Positions 48,862 through 59,119 of a stretch of 64,000 nucleotides of DNA are shown here, piece after piece. Source of the stretch: a virus (taxonomy: Duplodnaviria > Heunggongvirae > Uroviricota > Caudoviricetes). Both the position numbers and the translations under genes were made by a program. The DNA lies in IMG/VR virus record IMGVR_UViG_3300029736_000004; one strand, 5' to 3'. The notes beneath the pieces were generated by a model. It worked only from the letters and a program-made list of their open reading frames with translations, had not been told where the DNA came from and ran no database searches. How positions within the stretch are numbered: the first letter of the stretch is position 1; every line of letters starts with the position of its first letter.

Positions 48862-49308
48862 ATGGCTGAAACTTTAAAATCCCAAAGCGATTCAAGTATT
48901 TACAAGGCGCAACTCCTTTCTTACTACTACTCTCGCCGTGCAGAGTCTGCAATCGGCAGGGGTGAGCGTTTTGTTATGACAAAGGCTTATTGGTGCAAGT
49001 CCGATCTTGTGACGGTAAATAGTGCTGGTGGCTGGACTATTTCTGATATTCCGCTCGACTTCAAGTTAAGTGATGCACAGCATTTTGCTGAATCCAATCT
49101 CATTCTTTCCAGCCTCGATGGTGTCATTACGATTAATGCCGCTTTTCCACAAGAAACGATGCCGGACGATACACCTTACGATTTCAATACGCTGGTTCTC
49201 GTAGATGCAGAGGATCAGGCTTTTGGGGTTGTTTGTACTCAACAGGACACCTTATTCAAAGGTAAGCGATACAGCTTGCTCATGACCATTGAACAGGTCG
49301 AGGGATAA
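48862..49308 (+). CDS. hypothetical protein preceding the tail fibre gene
   Basis: ORF in the position of P1 R upstream of the fibre gene. Confidence 0.4.
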   Translation: MAETLKSQSDSSIYKAQLLSYYYSRRAESAIGRGERFVMTKAYWCKSDLVTVNSAGGWTISDIPLDFKLSDAQHFAESNLILSSLDGVITINAAFPQETMPDDTPYDFNTLVLVDAEDQAFGVVCTQQDTLFKGKRYSLLMTIEQVEG

Positions 49309-49310
49309 TT

Positions 49311-52300
49311 ATGTGCGCAGATAAAGTAAAGAATATTGTCACCTTATCTTCGGACATTTCCGCTCCACTAATTGCAGACATGCAATACTTTGAGCTGTAT
49401 AGCACCGAAGCTCTAAACAGGAAGATGAAAAATATCGTTCTGCCCGGAGTGTACTGTGGGTTTGAACCGGTGCCAGGGGATGGTCTGTTTGTGCGTATTA
49501 CATCCGAGAAAACAGAGGGAAGAGGGGCGGCTTCAATTGACGTGGGTAAATGTCAGATATCCGTGCAGCAAGTCAGTGATGTTCTTGTTCCTGTAGAAGC
49601 TGGTGTAACGACAATCATCGTTCTTGAAGCTAATTACGAACATGGAGTGAAAACCAGCCAGGTAGATAGCTCATCGGATATTAGCGCAGCGAGAATTATT
49701 GCTCTCGTTGATGAGGAAATAGCATCTAACCAGATTGAGCTATGCCGCGTGATCGTGCCTGACAATGCTCAAGCCGTTACCGCAGATATGATTAGCACTG
49801 AATATCGTGCTAATCGTGCTGTTGGTGTTGAGTTTTCCAGTGCTTTGGATAGTGACGAAGAATATAAAGCCGCAACACCTCTTGCTATCAGCACGTTAAA
49901 CAAACTAAAAGCTCCGGTTGATAGCCCGGAGTTTATTGGTATACCTAAATCTCCAACTCCGGAACAAGGTACAAACAGTACACAAATCGCAAACACTGCC
50001 TTTGTTCAGGCCGCAATAACCGCCCTTATTGATGGTTCTCCTTCAGCGTTGGATACGCTGAAAAAAATTGCAGATGCAATTAACAATGATCCTCAGTTTA
50101 GCCAGACGATTAATGCTGCTTTAGCTCTTAAAGCACCGTTATTAAGCCCGGCATTTACAGGGGTGCCAACAGCGCCTACAGCGTCACAAGGTACGAACAA
50201 CACTCAGATTGCAACAACCGCTTATGTTCGTGCCGCTATTTCTGCATTGGTCGGCTCATCACCAGAAGCTCTTGATACTCTTAATGAGCTTGCTGCGGCG
50301 CTGGGCAATGACCCGAACTTTGCGGCTACAATGACAAATGCCCTGGCAGGTAAGCAGCCTCTCGACGCAACCTTAACCGCGCTCGCTGACCTGGCGACGG
50401 GGGCAAATAAATTACCGTACTTTACCGGAACAGACACTGTAGCCCAGACTGATTTAACGTCAGTCGGTCGCGATATTCTTGCTAAAACAAGCACACTGGC
50501 TGTTATCCAATACCTTGGTTTAAGAGAACTCGGAACCAGCGGAGAAAAGCTCCCCCTGTTGAGCACAGCTAATACCTGGAGTGCACGCCAGACTTTCAGC
50601 GCGGGGATCACTGGTACGCTGACCGGGAACGCCGATACTGCGACGAAATTAAAAACAGCCAGAAAGATTAACGGTGTGGCATTTGATGGGTCGGCAGATA
50701 TTACTCTGACCCCTGAAGATCTTGGCTTAACGGATATTGCTTCTCAAGCTGGTAACGCAGTTCAGCGTTCTGGCGACACAATGGGGGGGCAGCTAAAAAT
50801 TGGCACAATAAATGCCCTTCGAATATTTAACCAGGACTTTGGCCTTATCTTCAGGAGATCCGAGGAATATCTTCATCTTATCCCGACAAATGAAGGTGAG
50901 GGAGAAAATGGTGACATCGGCCCATTAAGACCTTTTGCTATAAATTTAAGAACCGGGTTGGTGTCCATCGGTAATGGGGTAACAGTTAGTGGTGGCATTA
51001 CAGGTAATTTGACGGGAAACGCAGATACTGCCACAAAGCTCAAGATGGCCCGAACGATCGGCGGGGTGGCATTTGATGGCACCGCCAATATCGACCTGCC
51101 GGGTGTGAACATTGCCGGTAACCAGAACACAACAGGTAATGCTGCAACCGCTACAAAACTTCAGACGGCACGCACAATCAACGGTGTTAAGTTTGATGGT
51201 TCTGCGAACATTTCGATACCAACAATTACGTCCAGAGGGCGTGTTACTGCGCTCACCGGTACAACGCAAGGTGCTGCTGCTGGATTGCAGATGTATGAGG
51301 CGTACAACAACGGCTATCCTTCTGCTTACGGGAATGTGCTTCATCTTAAGGGCGCAACGGCAGTTGGTGAAGGCGAGTTGTTCATAGGCTGGAGCGGTAC
51401 AAGTGGCGCTCATGCCCCGGCTTTTATTCGCTCTCGCAGGGATTCAACAGATGCTGCATGGTCTGAGTGGGCGCAGGTCTACACATCGAAGGATTCCATC
51501 CCTGGTGTAAATACAACAGGCAACCAGAACACAACCGGAAACGCAGATACTGCCACAAAGCTCAAGATGGCCCGAACGATCGGCGGGGTGGCATTTGATG
51601 GCACCGCCAATATCAACCTGCCGGGCGTTAATAAAACAGGTAATCAGAGCACAACCGGTAATGCTGCAACCGCAACAAAACTTCAGACGGCACGCACAAT
51701 CGGCGGGGTGGCATTTGATGGCAGCGCCAATATCAACCTGCCGGGTGTGAACATTGCCGGTAACCAGAACACAACAGGTAATGCTGCAACCGCTACAAAA
51801 CTGCAAACAGCCCGCACAATCAACGGTGTTAAGTTTGATGGTTCTGCAGATATCACATTAACGGCAAGTCATGTTGGTGCGTTACCAACAACAGGTGGTA
51901 CTGTTACCGGTGAAATTATATCCAGCAGCCAAAATGCTATACGCCTAACTTATAATAATAACTATGGATTCCTAATAACTAATACTGGATATAGTTTCCA
52001 GATATCAACCACTGGGCAAAATGTTAATGGTGATGTCGTTTACACTCCATTAAAGATAGATGGCGGTGATGGTCGCGTAGAATTAGGACGTGCTGATGGT
52101 CATGTAAGGGTTATGGGGAATTTATCTGCCGCTGGTCAGATTACCCCTGGTAACTATAGTAATTTCAACACGAAATATCAGGCTAAAAACACAGCATATG
52201 CCAACATTCATGGATGGCATAAGGATACATCAACTAAGGTGATGATGCAGTGGGGGATTATAGCGGCTGTTACTCCAGGAAGCGTAGTTAAATTTCCGAC

Positions 52301-52460
52301 TGCTTTTCCTGAGGCGTGTGCGGTAGTTGTGATTTCACCTAATAGCGGGAATGCTGTTAATGCAATTCTTTATACATACAACAACTCAGCCACTGGTTTT
52401 ACAGTAAAAAGTAGCTCTACTGATAAAGTATATGCACAGTATGTTGCTTATGGGTATTAA
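49311..52460 (+). CDS. tail fibre protein
   Basis: 1049 aa with fibre repeat motifs (TQIANTAFVQAAI, ALDTLKKIADA, repeated GNADTATKL...FDG...) typical of T-even/P1/P2-type fibres. Confidence 0.85.
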   Translation: MCADKVKNIVTLSSDISAPLIADMQYFELYSTEALNRKMKNIVLPGVYCGFEPVPGDGLFVRITSEKTEGRGAASIDVGKCQISVQQVSDVLVPVEAGVTTIIVLEANYEHGVKTSQVDSSSDISAARIIALVDEEIASNQIELCRVIVPDNAQAVTADMISTEYRANRAVGVEFSSALDSDEEYKAATPLAISTLNKLKAPVDSPEFIGIPKSPTPEQGTNSTQIANTAFVQAAITALIDGSPSALDTLKKIADAINNDPQFSQTINAALALKAPLLSPAFTGVPTAPTASQGTNNTQIATTAYVRAAISALVGSSPEALDTLNELAAALGNDPNFAATMTNALAGKQPLDATLTALADLATGANKLPYFTGTDTVAQTDLTSVGRDILAKTSTLAVIQYLGLRELGTSGEKLPLLSTANTWSARQTFSAGITGTLTGNADTATKLKTARKINGVAFDGSADITLTPEDLGLTDIASQAGNAVQRSGDTMGGQLKIGTINALRIFNQDFGLIFRRSEEYLHLIPTNEGEGENGDIGPLRPFAINLRTGLVSIGNGVTVSGGITGNLTGNADTATKLKMARTIGGVAFDGTANIDLPGVNIAGNQNTTGNAATATKLQTARTINGVKFDGSANISIPTITSRGRVTALTGTTQGAAAGLQMYEAYNNGYPSAYGNVLHLKGATAVGEGELFIGWSGTSGAHAPAFIRSRRDSTDAAWSEWAQVYTSKDSIPGVNTTGNQNTTGNADTATKLKMARTIGGVAFDGTANINLPGVNKTGNQSTTGNAATATKLQTARTIGGVAFDGSANINLPGVNIAGNQNTTGNAATATKLQTARTINGVKFDGSADITLTASHVGALPTTGGTVTGEIISSSQNAIRLTYNNNYGFLITNTGYSFQISTTGQNVNGDVVYTPLKIDGGDGRVELGRADGHVRVMGNLSAAGQITPGNYSNFNTKYQAKNTAYANIHGWHKDTSTKVMMQWGIIAAVTPGSVVKFPTAFPEACAVVVISPNSGNAVNAILYTYNNSATGFTVKSSSTDKVYAQYVAYGY
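51010..51850 (+). repeat. tandem near-identical DNA repeats inside the tail fibre gene
   Basis: Units encoding TARTIGGVAFDG(T/S)ANI(N/D)LPGVN...GNQNTTGNAATATKLQ recur at about 51017-51200 and 51541-51850. Confidence 0.7.
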
Positions 52461-52491
52461 AAATATAGTTAATTAGAATGAAGGCTTTTAA

Positions 52492-52914
52492 ATGGCAAAG
52501 TATTACAGCAAAGATACTGGTGGTTTCTACGACGATAGACTAAAAGAAGATTACGATAAAAACGGTTCATGGCCGTCCGATGCTGTACATATACCTGATG
52601 ACTTATATGATGAATTGTTATCAGGGTATGGCAATGGGAAAATAATAATTGCAAATGGCGATGGTTATCCAATGTTATCTGACCCACAACCTATGAGCTT
52701 AGAGGATAGAGTCAGCATTGCTGAAAACACCAAAAGTAGTCTTATGAATGATGTGAGCATAAAAATATCAACGCTTCAGGATGCTGTTGATATGGATATT
52801 GCCACTGATGAGGAAATAGAAATGTTGACAAAGTTAAAGAGGTATAGAGTTCTTCTTAATAGAGTTGACACTTCTGTTGATGCAGATATCTCATGGCCTG
52901 AGATGCCTGCATAA
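52492..52914 (+). CDS. tail fibre assembly protein (Tfa)
   Basis: C-terminal LQDAVDMDIATDEEIEMLTKLKRYRVLLNRVDTS...ISWPEMP is the classic Tfa signature. Confidence 0.8.
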   Translation: MAKYYSKDTGGFYDDRLKEDYDKNGSWPSDAVHIPDDLYDELLSGYGNGKIIIANGDGYPMLSDPQPMSLEDRVSIAENTKSSLMNDVSIKISTLQDAVDMDIATDEEIEMLTKLKRYRVLLNRVDTSVDADISWPEMPA

Positions 52915-52957
52915 ACAATCATAACAATCCAATCAGCACTGCTTTTTTGATATTTCA

Positions 52958-52982
52958 AGCCCTCTTTTGTTGAGGGCTTTAT
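52958..52982 (+). terminator. intrinsic terminator after the tail fibre operon
   Basis: AGCCCTC-TTTTGTT-GAGGGCT followed by TTATT. Confidence 0.5.
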
Positions 52983-53374
52983 TAGTGAGTGCTTTTGTGA
53001 CCTTTTTTAGTAATACAATCCTTTGGTACAAAAAAGCCGCCGTCCAGTCAATGACGGCGGGCAAAATGAACACTCAGTTAGTGGTATCTGAGAGGGGGGC
53101 ATTATATTCACTGAATGACGCTTGTGAAGACTCACATGTCATCATTTTGTCCTCAAGAATCAGCTCACATCTTGCGCATTCAAGCGTATTTCTCTTTAAA
53201 GCCGTGTTTGGACCATTTTGTTGATACGCGAATTTGGCATCCTCCACGCTCTGAGTGACGAGGTTTACGGACCACCGGGCCATCATATGCATCCATTTTG
53301 TGTGAATGGCATTTAGTCGGGAAATAACAAACTGGATAAGTTGAAGCCGCGTTAAACGTCATTTCTGGAGGGGT

Positions 53375-53701
53375 ATGTTTGCAGATTATGAAAATCTGGC
53401 TGTAGCAGTCATAACATCCCTGCTGAGTGGAACCGGCGTATTCCTTCTCGGAGTTAGAGACGGGCGCATTTCTGCGTCACTGCTCAACCTCGCGAGTGAA
53501 TTGTTTACTGCGGTAACTGCCGGGCTTGCGGGGTTTTGGGTGGCTGATAGCTATGAATGGCCGGAAGGCATCATTTACTGCGTTGTTCTGATTGCCAGTA
53601 ACAACGGAAGTGAAATTTTACAGGGCTTGAAGTCCAGAGCTAGTAACGTCTTGAATCTCTTAAGCGTAATAGCGAGTGGGGGAAAAGGTGGAGAGAAGTA
53701 A
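53375..53701 (+). CDS. holin-like membrane protein (LydA-like by size and position)
   Basis: 108 aa with 2-3 hydrophobic segments and charged C-terminus. Confidence 0.4.
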   Translation: MFADYENLAVAVITSLLSGTGVFLLGVRDGRISASLLNLASELFTAVTAGLAGFWVADSYEWPEGIIYCVVLIASNNGSEILQGLKSRASNVLNLLSVIASGGKGGEK

Positions 53702-54147
53702 TGGGTGACTTTGGAAATTATTTCATTTTTATCATGGCATTTGTTGCCGTTATTGACCGTTTCTTATTTCGTCGCAAGAGTGTTGATATTTTGAGCATTG
53801 GCGAAGCTGTAGTGAAAGAGTCTGCTATAGCGTTTCCTGTGTCGCTTCGCGTTAAACGAAGCTGGGTAAGCAATGCACAAATCGAATATTGGTTGCAGGA
53901 CTTGAAAAATCCATCTGTGGTTATTTCGGGGAAAACCAGACCAGTTGACGCGTCAAAACGCGGTGAGAGAGAAGAATATTTGCTCATCGACACGAAATAT
54001 CTTGAGCCAGCGAAGTGGGATCTAAAGGTCACATTGACTAACGGTAATTGCCGCCTGAATCCGCTTTATCGCATTTTCCCTATCAATGACTGCATAGAAC
54101 GTCAGTTTATGATTGAAAAGTGTGAAGGAGACTGGAATGTCAAATAA
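53701..54147 (+). CDS. membrane protein (antiholin LydB-like by size and position)
   Basis: 148 aa with N-terminal transmembrane helix; coupled to preceding gene. Confidence 0.35.
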   Translation: MGDFGNYFIFIMAFVAVIDRFLFRRKSVDILSIGEAVVKESAIAFPVSLRVKRSWVSNAQIEYWLQDLKNPSVVISGKTRPVDASKRGEREEYLLIDTKYLEPAKWDLKVTLTNGNCRLNPLYRIFPINDCIERQFMIEKCEGDWNVK

Positions 54148-54754
54148 GTCTAATTATGTTCTTCTTAATTATGATGAGTTAAACGAAAAGGGGCTGGCAA
54201 AACTCGTCAAAGAAATCGGTAAAGGAGGCTACAAGATAGCGAGGGTGATCCCCGCCAGTAATGGCAGGAAGAAAGACGGGATCATGACGCGCACGTTTAC
54301 CCTTATCGGAATCGATGAGCAGACGATGGACGTTCAGGTTAATGATACTGGTGATATTTCTGGTGTAAAACTGAACGGAAAAATTGTTCCTTTCAAGCCA
54401 GTTAAAACGCTGATGGCTTTAGGGCAATCACTGGCTGCTTTATTTAATAAAGGCGCATCATCATTTCAGAAATCATTGGCGCGTAAGTTAGCTCGTGCGG
54501 CGAAAGATATTGATGATGGGAATAAGAAAATAAAAGGCGTTAAGTCCAATGCGCAGAAACTAGCAGAGGCAAAGGAATCTCGCGATGCGATCCGCGAGGA
54601 TATTGAAAGGGCCAAAGAAAAATTAAATCAGGTGCAAGGTAATTCAGACCGCGCAACAAGAGAAACTGAAATCATTAGAACCGAGATGGCGCAGGAACTG
54701 GCGAAAACTCGCGTATTGAAAGAAGAAATAGCGCGCCTGGAGGAAGATGCATGA
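54137..54754 (+). CDS. hypothetical protein with coiled-coil C-terminus
   Basis: Start at MSNKSNY with GGAGA RBS. Confidence 0.4.
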   Translation: MSNKSNYVLLNYDELNEKGLAKLVKEIGKGGYKIARVIPASNGRKKDGIMTRTFTLIGIDEQTMDVQVNDTGDISGVKLNGKIVPFKPVKTLMALGQSLAALFNKGASSFQKSLARKLARAAKDIDDGNKKIKGVKSNAQKLAEAKESRDAIREDIERAKEKLNQVQGNSDRATRETEIIRTEMAQELAKTRVLKEEIARLEEDA

Positions 54755-56703
54755 TAAAGAAACCTATTCGAATAAATATCCAGTCCACTTTTGCAGATAC
54801 GCTCACTGGATATACGCCTAATCGTTGGGTGGCGGAAGATATCACCGAGGATGATTTACTTATCGAGCCTGCGACGCTGGAAGATATCGAGCTGGCCTAT
54901 ATGGGCAACGAAATTTTGGTAACTACCAATGAGGCAATGTTCGAAGCCATAACCACAACAAAATTGCGGTTAGCGCAAACAATGCGAGCATTTGTCCGGG
55001 CGCTTAATCGCGGCCTGAATGGCACTGACATTGCTGCGGGTACGGATGAGGCAGGTGAATATGAAGACGGACGTAATAGTATCGGTGGGGCAATCATTGG
55101 GCGCGTGCGCCGGGTTGCTAATATCCCTGTTGTAACAGCACAAATACCTCTAACCGATGGACAAACGACAAGCATAATTTTCCATTCTCCAACCGCAGAC
55201 GGCACAAGAATTAAAGGGGATGACGAGCTGGTTGCGTTTCAGTTTCTTCTTAACAAAAGAAACGTTACGCATGTTGTTGCGCCAATCGGTGGGCGTGATG
55301 TATCTCTGAGCCAGGTGTGTCAGGCGCTTTCTAACCTCATTGAGCGTAACAGTGCAAAATTCAAAAAAGCAAAGGAGCGCCAGGACAAAATGAAGGCTGA
55401 TATTGAGGGGTATCTCAATGAAGCCGACAAGCTGGCAGAAGAACGTTCTGTGCTGATTGAGCAGGTTGAAGACGCACAGCGGGGGCTGGCAGAGAAACGC
55501 TCAACACTCAATGATATGCAGAATAAATTAGACGCACAAAAAGCCCTTAACGCGGAATTGCAGGCTAAACGCGATAATTTATTGTCAGCTAAGAGCCAAG
55601 GAACTAAAGAGCGTGCCTTCAATGATCAACTGCGACACATAAAACATAATCTTGCTACAGAAGGCCAAACAACGCTGGATAATGGTGCTGTAGTTAAGTA
55701 TGTCACGTCAGGCAGTGATAGCTTTGTCACGATTGAGGCACCAGAAGGCAATTTCAGTATTGATGTCAGTGCTGTTAAAGGTGGGAGTTCAGCGGACGCT
55801 GCAACCAAATTACTTAAAGCCTATCGTGAACATAATGCTGATCAATACAAAGTGGATGTGTTGCCGGGCCAGCCTGAGCCAACTGATCAGCCGCAGCCTG
55901 AACAGGAGCCACAACCAGCATCACATCCTGATCCCCTGGAGGTTGGTAAATATCGCTATGCGCTCCAATCTCGCCCGGCGGGTGTTGGTGCGGTTCCTGA
56001 AGGAAATAAAGCTGTACTTGACCGTCCTGATCAGGCTGATCCGTATTACGAATATGCTCGTCACGGAATCATTACGTATGACCGCAAACTGACAGACGAA
56101 GAAGTCAGTCAGTACGAGTTGCTATATCTCCCTGGTGACGATGAATTGAAAGAGATTGCAGGCGAATTGGTTGCGTCCAGTATGTCGAACCATATTGATG
56201 GCTATGTTGATCTGTTTAGAAGCGACTTGAAAACCTTTAAGGCGCAGATAAAAATCCTCTTCCGCAAAGCATTTCCTAACGTCGCTTATCCACTTGGAGA
56301 TGGGGAGAACCTTTTTATAATGGATATCTATGACGCGCTTCAGAATCAATCAGAAGTAGTCGAAGCTGAACAGACATTAGATCAGGCACCGGAAGCAGTA
56401 CAAGAACCAGAACCTGAGTCTGAACCTGAATCCCCCCAAGAGTCTGATACAGGTTCAGATGGGCCAGTAGTTAGTGAGGCTGATCAGGAGGCGGACAGTG
56501 CGCTGGAATATCTGAAATCCGTGCCGTTGCAGTTTACGTCCCGTGATTTGACGGTGATTAGAGCGGAGTTTGATCGCATTCAGGAGGCAGCTAATGTTCT
56601 TATCAACGCAGGTCGATATGATGAGAACGAGTCACTTGTTGGTGCGGCAGCCGATCACCTGATCAACATTCTGGCAGAGATACAACAAGGGGGCGTGTGG
56701 TGA
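54751..56703 (+). CDS. large internal-protein candidate (DarA-like by position)
   Basis: 650 aa, ATGA-coupled; central coiled-coil, Pro/Glu-rich linker; positional analogy to the P1 darA operon only. Confidence 0.3.
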   Translation: MIKKPIRINIQSTFADTLTGYTPNRWVAEDITEDDLLIEPATLEDIELAYMGNEILVTTNEAMFEAITTTKLRLAQTMRAFVRALNRGLNGTDIAAGTDEAGEYEDGRNSIGGAIIGRVRRVANIPVVTAQIPLTDGQTTSIIFHSPTADGTRIKGDDELVAFQFLLNKRNVTHVVAPIGGRDVSLSQVCQALSNLIERNSAKFKKAKERQDKMKADIEGYLNEADKLAEERSVLIEQVEDAQRGLAEKRSTLNDMQNKLDAQKALNAELQAKRDNLLSAKSQGTKERAFNDQLRHIKHNLATEGQTTLDNGAVVKYVTSGSDSFVTIEAPEGNFSIDVSAVKGGSSADAATKLLKAYREHNADQYKVDVLPGQPEPTDQPQPEQEPQPASHPDPLEVGKYRYALQSRPAGVGAVPEGNKAVLDRPDQADPYYEYARHGIITYDRKLTDEEVSQYELLYLPGDDELKEIAGELVASSMSNHIDGYVDLFRSDLKTFKAQIKILFRKAFPNVAYPLGDGENLFIMDIYDALQNQSEVVEAEQTLDQAPEAVQEPEPESEPESPQESDTGSDGPVVSEADQEADSALEYLKSVPLQFTSRDLTVIRAEFDRIQEAANVLINAGRYDENESLVGAAADHLINILAEIQQGGVW

Positions 56704-57068
56704 AAATATCAGTAACGGAGCGCCTTAGCTTAGGCAAAGAACTGTCTGAGCTGATGTCAGCGCAAAAAAGCGCGACTGCGGTACAACGTGTCACTATTGG
56801 CGTGCGGATAGTTGAAGTGATGATGAAGCTGGGGCTTGGTTCATCGAATAATCCAGCACAACAGCAAGAAGAGGAAGTGCAACCGGCGGCACAAGAAACG
56901 CCTAAAATTGTTGCTGACTTCCTTAGTGGTGCATTTACTAAATCATCACAAATGGAGTTCATCGATGCTTTGAGAGGCATATCTCAATATATTGGTGAAT
57001 TTTTGACACTCGACCAGGCCAAAGAACAGACCGTAAACTGGGTTTCAGCTAACGGGTATGCAGCGTAA
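56697..57068 (+). CDS. hypothetical protein (123 aa)
   Basis: GTG start overlapping upstream stop. Confidence 0.4.
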   Translation: MVKISVTERLSLGKELSELMSAQKSATAVQRVTIGVRIVEVMMKLGLGSSNNPAQQQEEEVQPAAQETPKIVADFLSGAFTKSSQMEFIDALRGISQYIGEFLTLDQAKEQTVNWVSANGYAA

Positions 57069-57159
57069 AAGAGAGGGGCAGAATGCCCCTTTCTTCTTAA
57101 AATAGTCACCGAAATAACACACTTTTTACACTGCCTTTTTTACAGAAAGGTGGTTAATT

Positions 57160-58545
57160 GTGACTCAAAACGTAACATCAGCACTTCTGGCCGCAGCGAA
57201 CATTGAGGGGGTTATCGCTGTGGTGTCATCTCTTGAAAAGCAAGAGACGAAGTTGGGGCGTAGCAGCTATGTCGTCACCAGCAAAGGCGACGAAGTTAAA
57301 ACAGCGTTCAAGGTTATTGATGCCAAAAAGCTCATCATTTCTAACAACCTGGACGGAAGTATAAATCCGTCATTTCCGGAGGAACTCCAGCCTCGCGATC
57401 GCACCCGACTGTCAAGTAAGCTCCAGGTTAACCGTATCGCCGCCAATTTACGCCCGGCACAGCTCACTGATTCGGGTATGAGTAGTCATGGTTCCCCGAT
57501 TGTTGGTCCGGATAATGTCGTTGAGTCTGGTAATGGTCGAAGCATGGGAATCTGGCGTGCTTATGAACAAGGACAGGCTGAAGATTACCGACAATATCTT
57601 ATCGATCACGCTAAAGAGTTTGGCCTTAATCCCGAAGACGTCAGGGCAATGGTGATGCCTGTACTGGTTCGCGAGCGCCTCACTGACGTTGATCGTGCTC
57701 AATTTGCACGCGACTCAAACATCAGCGATCTGCAAGAGATGGCTGCAAGTGAGAAAGCGTATGCGGATGCGCAATTTCTCACTGAGAGCGTCATGGCGCT
57801 ATTTAATCCTTCAGATGATGGAAATCTACTGGCGCGGTCCAATGATGCGTTTATTCGTGCGTTTTTGCACGAAATAGGCGATACCGCGACGGCAGGTTTG
57901 CTTACAGCCGATGGACGTCCAACGAAACAGCTTATCGATCGCATTCAGAATGCGATTTTTGCCAAAGCCTATAAGGATGAGCGACTTGTTCGGCTTGTGG
58001 CGGAAGAACCGGATCCGGAAATGCGCAATATCCTGACCGCGCTTAATACAGCAGCCAGTGACTTTGCGCAAATGCAGTCGATTTCTGGCGATGCACATCA
58101 TGATGCTGTAACTGGTCTGGTTGATGGTATAGAGCAGGTGAACGGTCTGGATAAACAGGCTATAGCAGCACTCCAGGACGCGATTAACCTTGTTCGTGAA
58201 GCCAAAGACAACGGTCAGGCAGTGGAAGAGGTGATAGCCCAGCGCGGACTCTTCGGTGATAGCACGCCGGAAGCCGAGGCGTTGGCGCTATTCATCGTGG
58301 CAAATAATCGAAGCGCGAAGCGCATGGGGGCTGCATTCAAAAAAATGGCACAAAAAATCAACGACGAACTGATTCATAAACAGCAGGCGTTGGGCGATAT
58401 GTTCGGCGGTGGAGATGTCGATCTACGTAGTATTTTGACCGCTGTTTCTAATGAGATTGAACTGGAACATGGAGAGGGGAAAGGGCTTAACTTCACGATG
58501 TTCGAAGCCAAAACAGAACAAAGCGATTTTGGGCTGGAAACCTGA
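57160..58545 (+). CDS. hypothetical protein (461 aa), Dar-operon member candidate
   Basis: GTG start with AAGGTGG RBS; no recognisable catalytic motif. Confidence 0.4.
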   Translation: MTQNVTSALLAAANIEGVIAVVSSLEKQETKLGRSSYVVTSKGDEVKTAFKVIDAKKLIISNNLDGSINPSFPEELQPRDRTRLSSKLQVNRIAANLRPAQLTDSGMSSHGSPIVGPDNVVESGNGRSMGIWRAYEQGQAEDYRQYLIDHAKEFGLNPEDVRAMVMPVLVRERLTDVDRAQFARDSNISDLQEMAASEKAYADAQFLTESVMALFNPSDDGNLLARSNDAFIRAFLHEIGDTATAGLLTADGRPTKQLIDRIQNAIFAKAYKDERLVRLVAEEPDPEMRNILTALNTAASDFAQMQSISGDAHHDAVTGLVDGIEQVNGLDKQAIAALQDAINLVREAKDNGQAVEEVIAQRGLFGDSTPEAEALALFIVANNRSAKRMGAAFKKMAQKINDELIHKQQALGDMFGGGDVDLRSILTAVSNEIELEHGEGKGLNFTMFEAKTEQSDFGLET

Positions 58546-58657
58546 CCTGGCGACCGGACACCCCGGATAACCTCCGGGGGATTCGGTATTTCTTCTTTGA
58601 ATAGAGCGTTTTTAACAAATACCCCGTAAATCCTCGCCCAGCCAGGGCGGGGAGCAG

Positions 58658-59089
58658 TCACCGCATTGGTGTGACAGATACGGCGATATTTTTATTCAGT
58701 TGATGCAGTGCCAGCTCGACAGTTTCAACTTTCGATGAATGTTCGACGTCGAGAAGCCGATCAATCTGTGTTCCATTTTTTCCGAGTTTGCGCGCCAACT
58801 CTGCTTTGCGTGTGCCGGTTTCTATCATCGCGTTGTGGAGTGCAGCCTTCATTGCTGGTAGCACTGGCAAAGAGACAACGTACTCACCTTCTTTTGGCTC
58901 GCTACCAGTGGGAACAGGTCGGCGTTCTTCAATCTCAATCGCAACCGCTGCGACCAATCCATAACCAGCCTCAAGCAACGCTTCTTCAACTGAGTCACCC
59001 ACGGAATTAAACAATGGTAGGTCGCGGCATGATACGACATACGCGCCGGTTTTGTCGTCGCGCTCCAGTTTTACCGGATAGTTAAACAT
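58658..59089 (-). CDS. hicB: HicB-family antitoxin
   Basis: N-terminal MFNYPVKLERDDKTGAYVVSCRDLP fold plus C-terminal HTH (RKAELARKLGKNGTQIDRLL). Confidence 0.8.
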   Translation of the reverse strand: MFNYPVKLERDDKTGAYVVSCRDLPLFNSVGDSVEEALLEAGYGLVAAVAIEIEERRPVPTGSEPKEGEYVVSLPVLPAMKAALHNAMIETGTRKAELARKLGKNGTQIDRLLDVEHSSKVETVELALHQLNKNIAVSVTPMR

Positions 59090-59119
59090 AGAGAAGCTCC
59101 TAGTGAAAAAGGCTGGGGC

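Noticed and set aside
50946-51806. Minus-strand ORFs of 120-155 aa with Cys-rich translations
   Set aside because: Antisense to the tail fibre repeats; the repeats explain the open frames.
52915-53374. Expected cin-type invertase and invertible tail fibre segment after the Tfa gene
   Set aside because: No recombinase-like ORF and no inverted duplicate of the fibre 3-prime end; only short low-quality ORFs are present.
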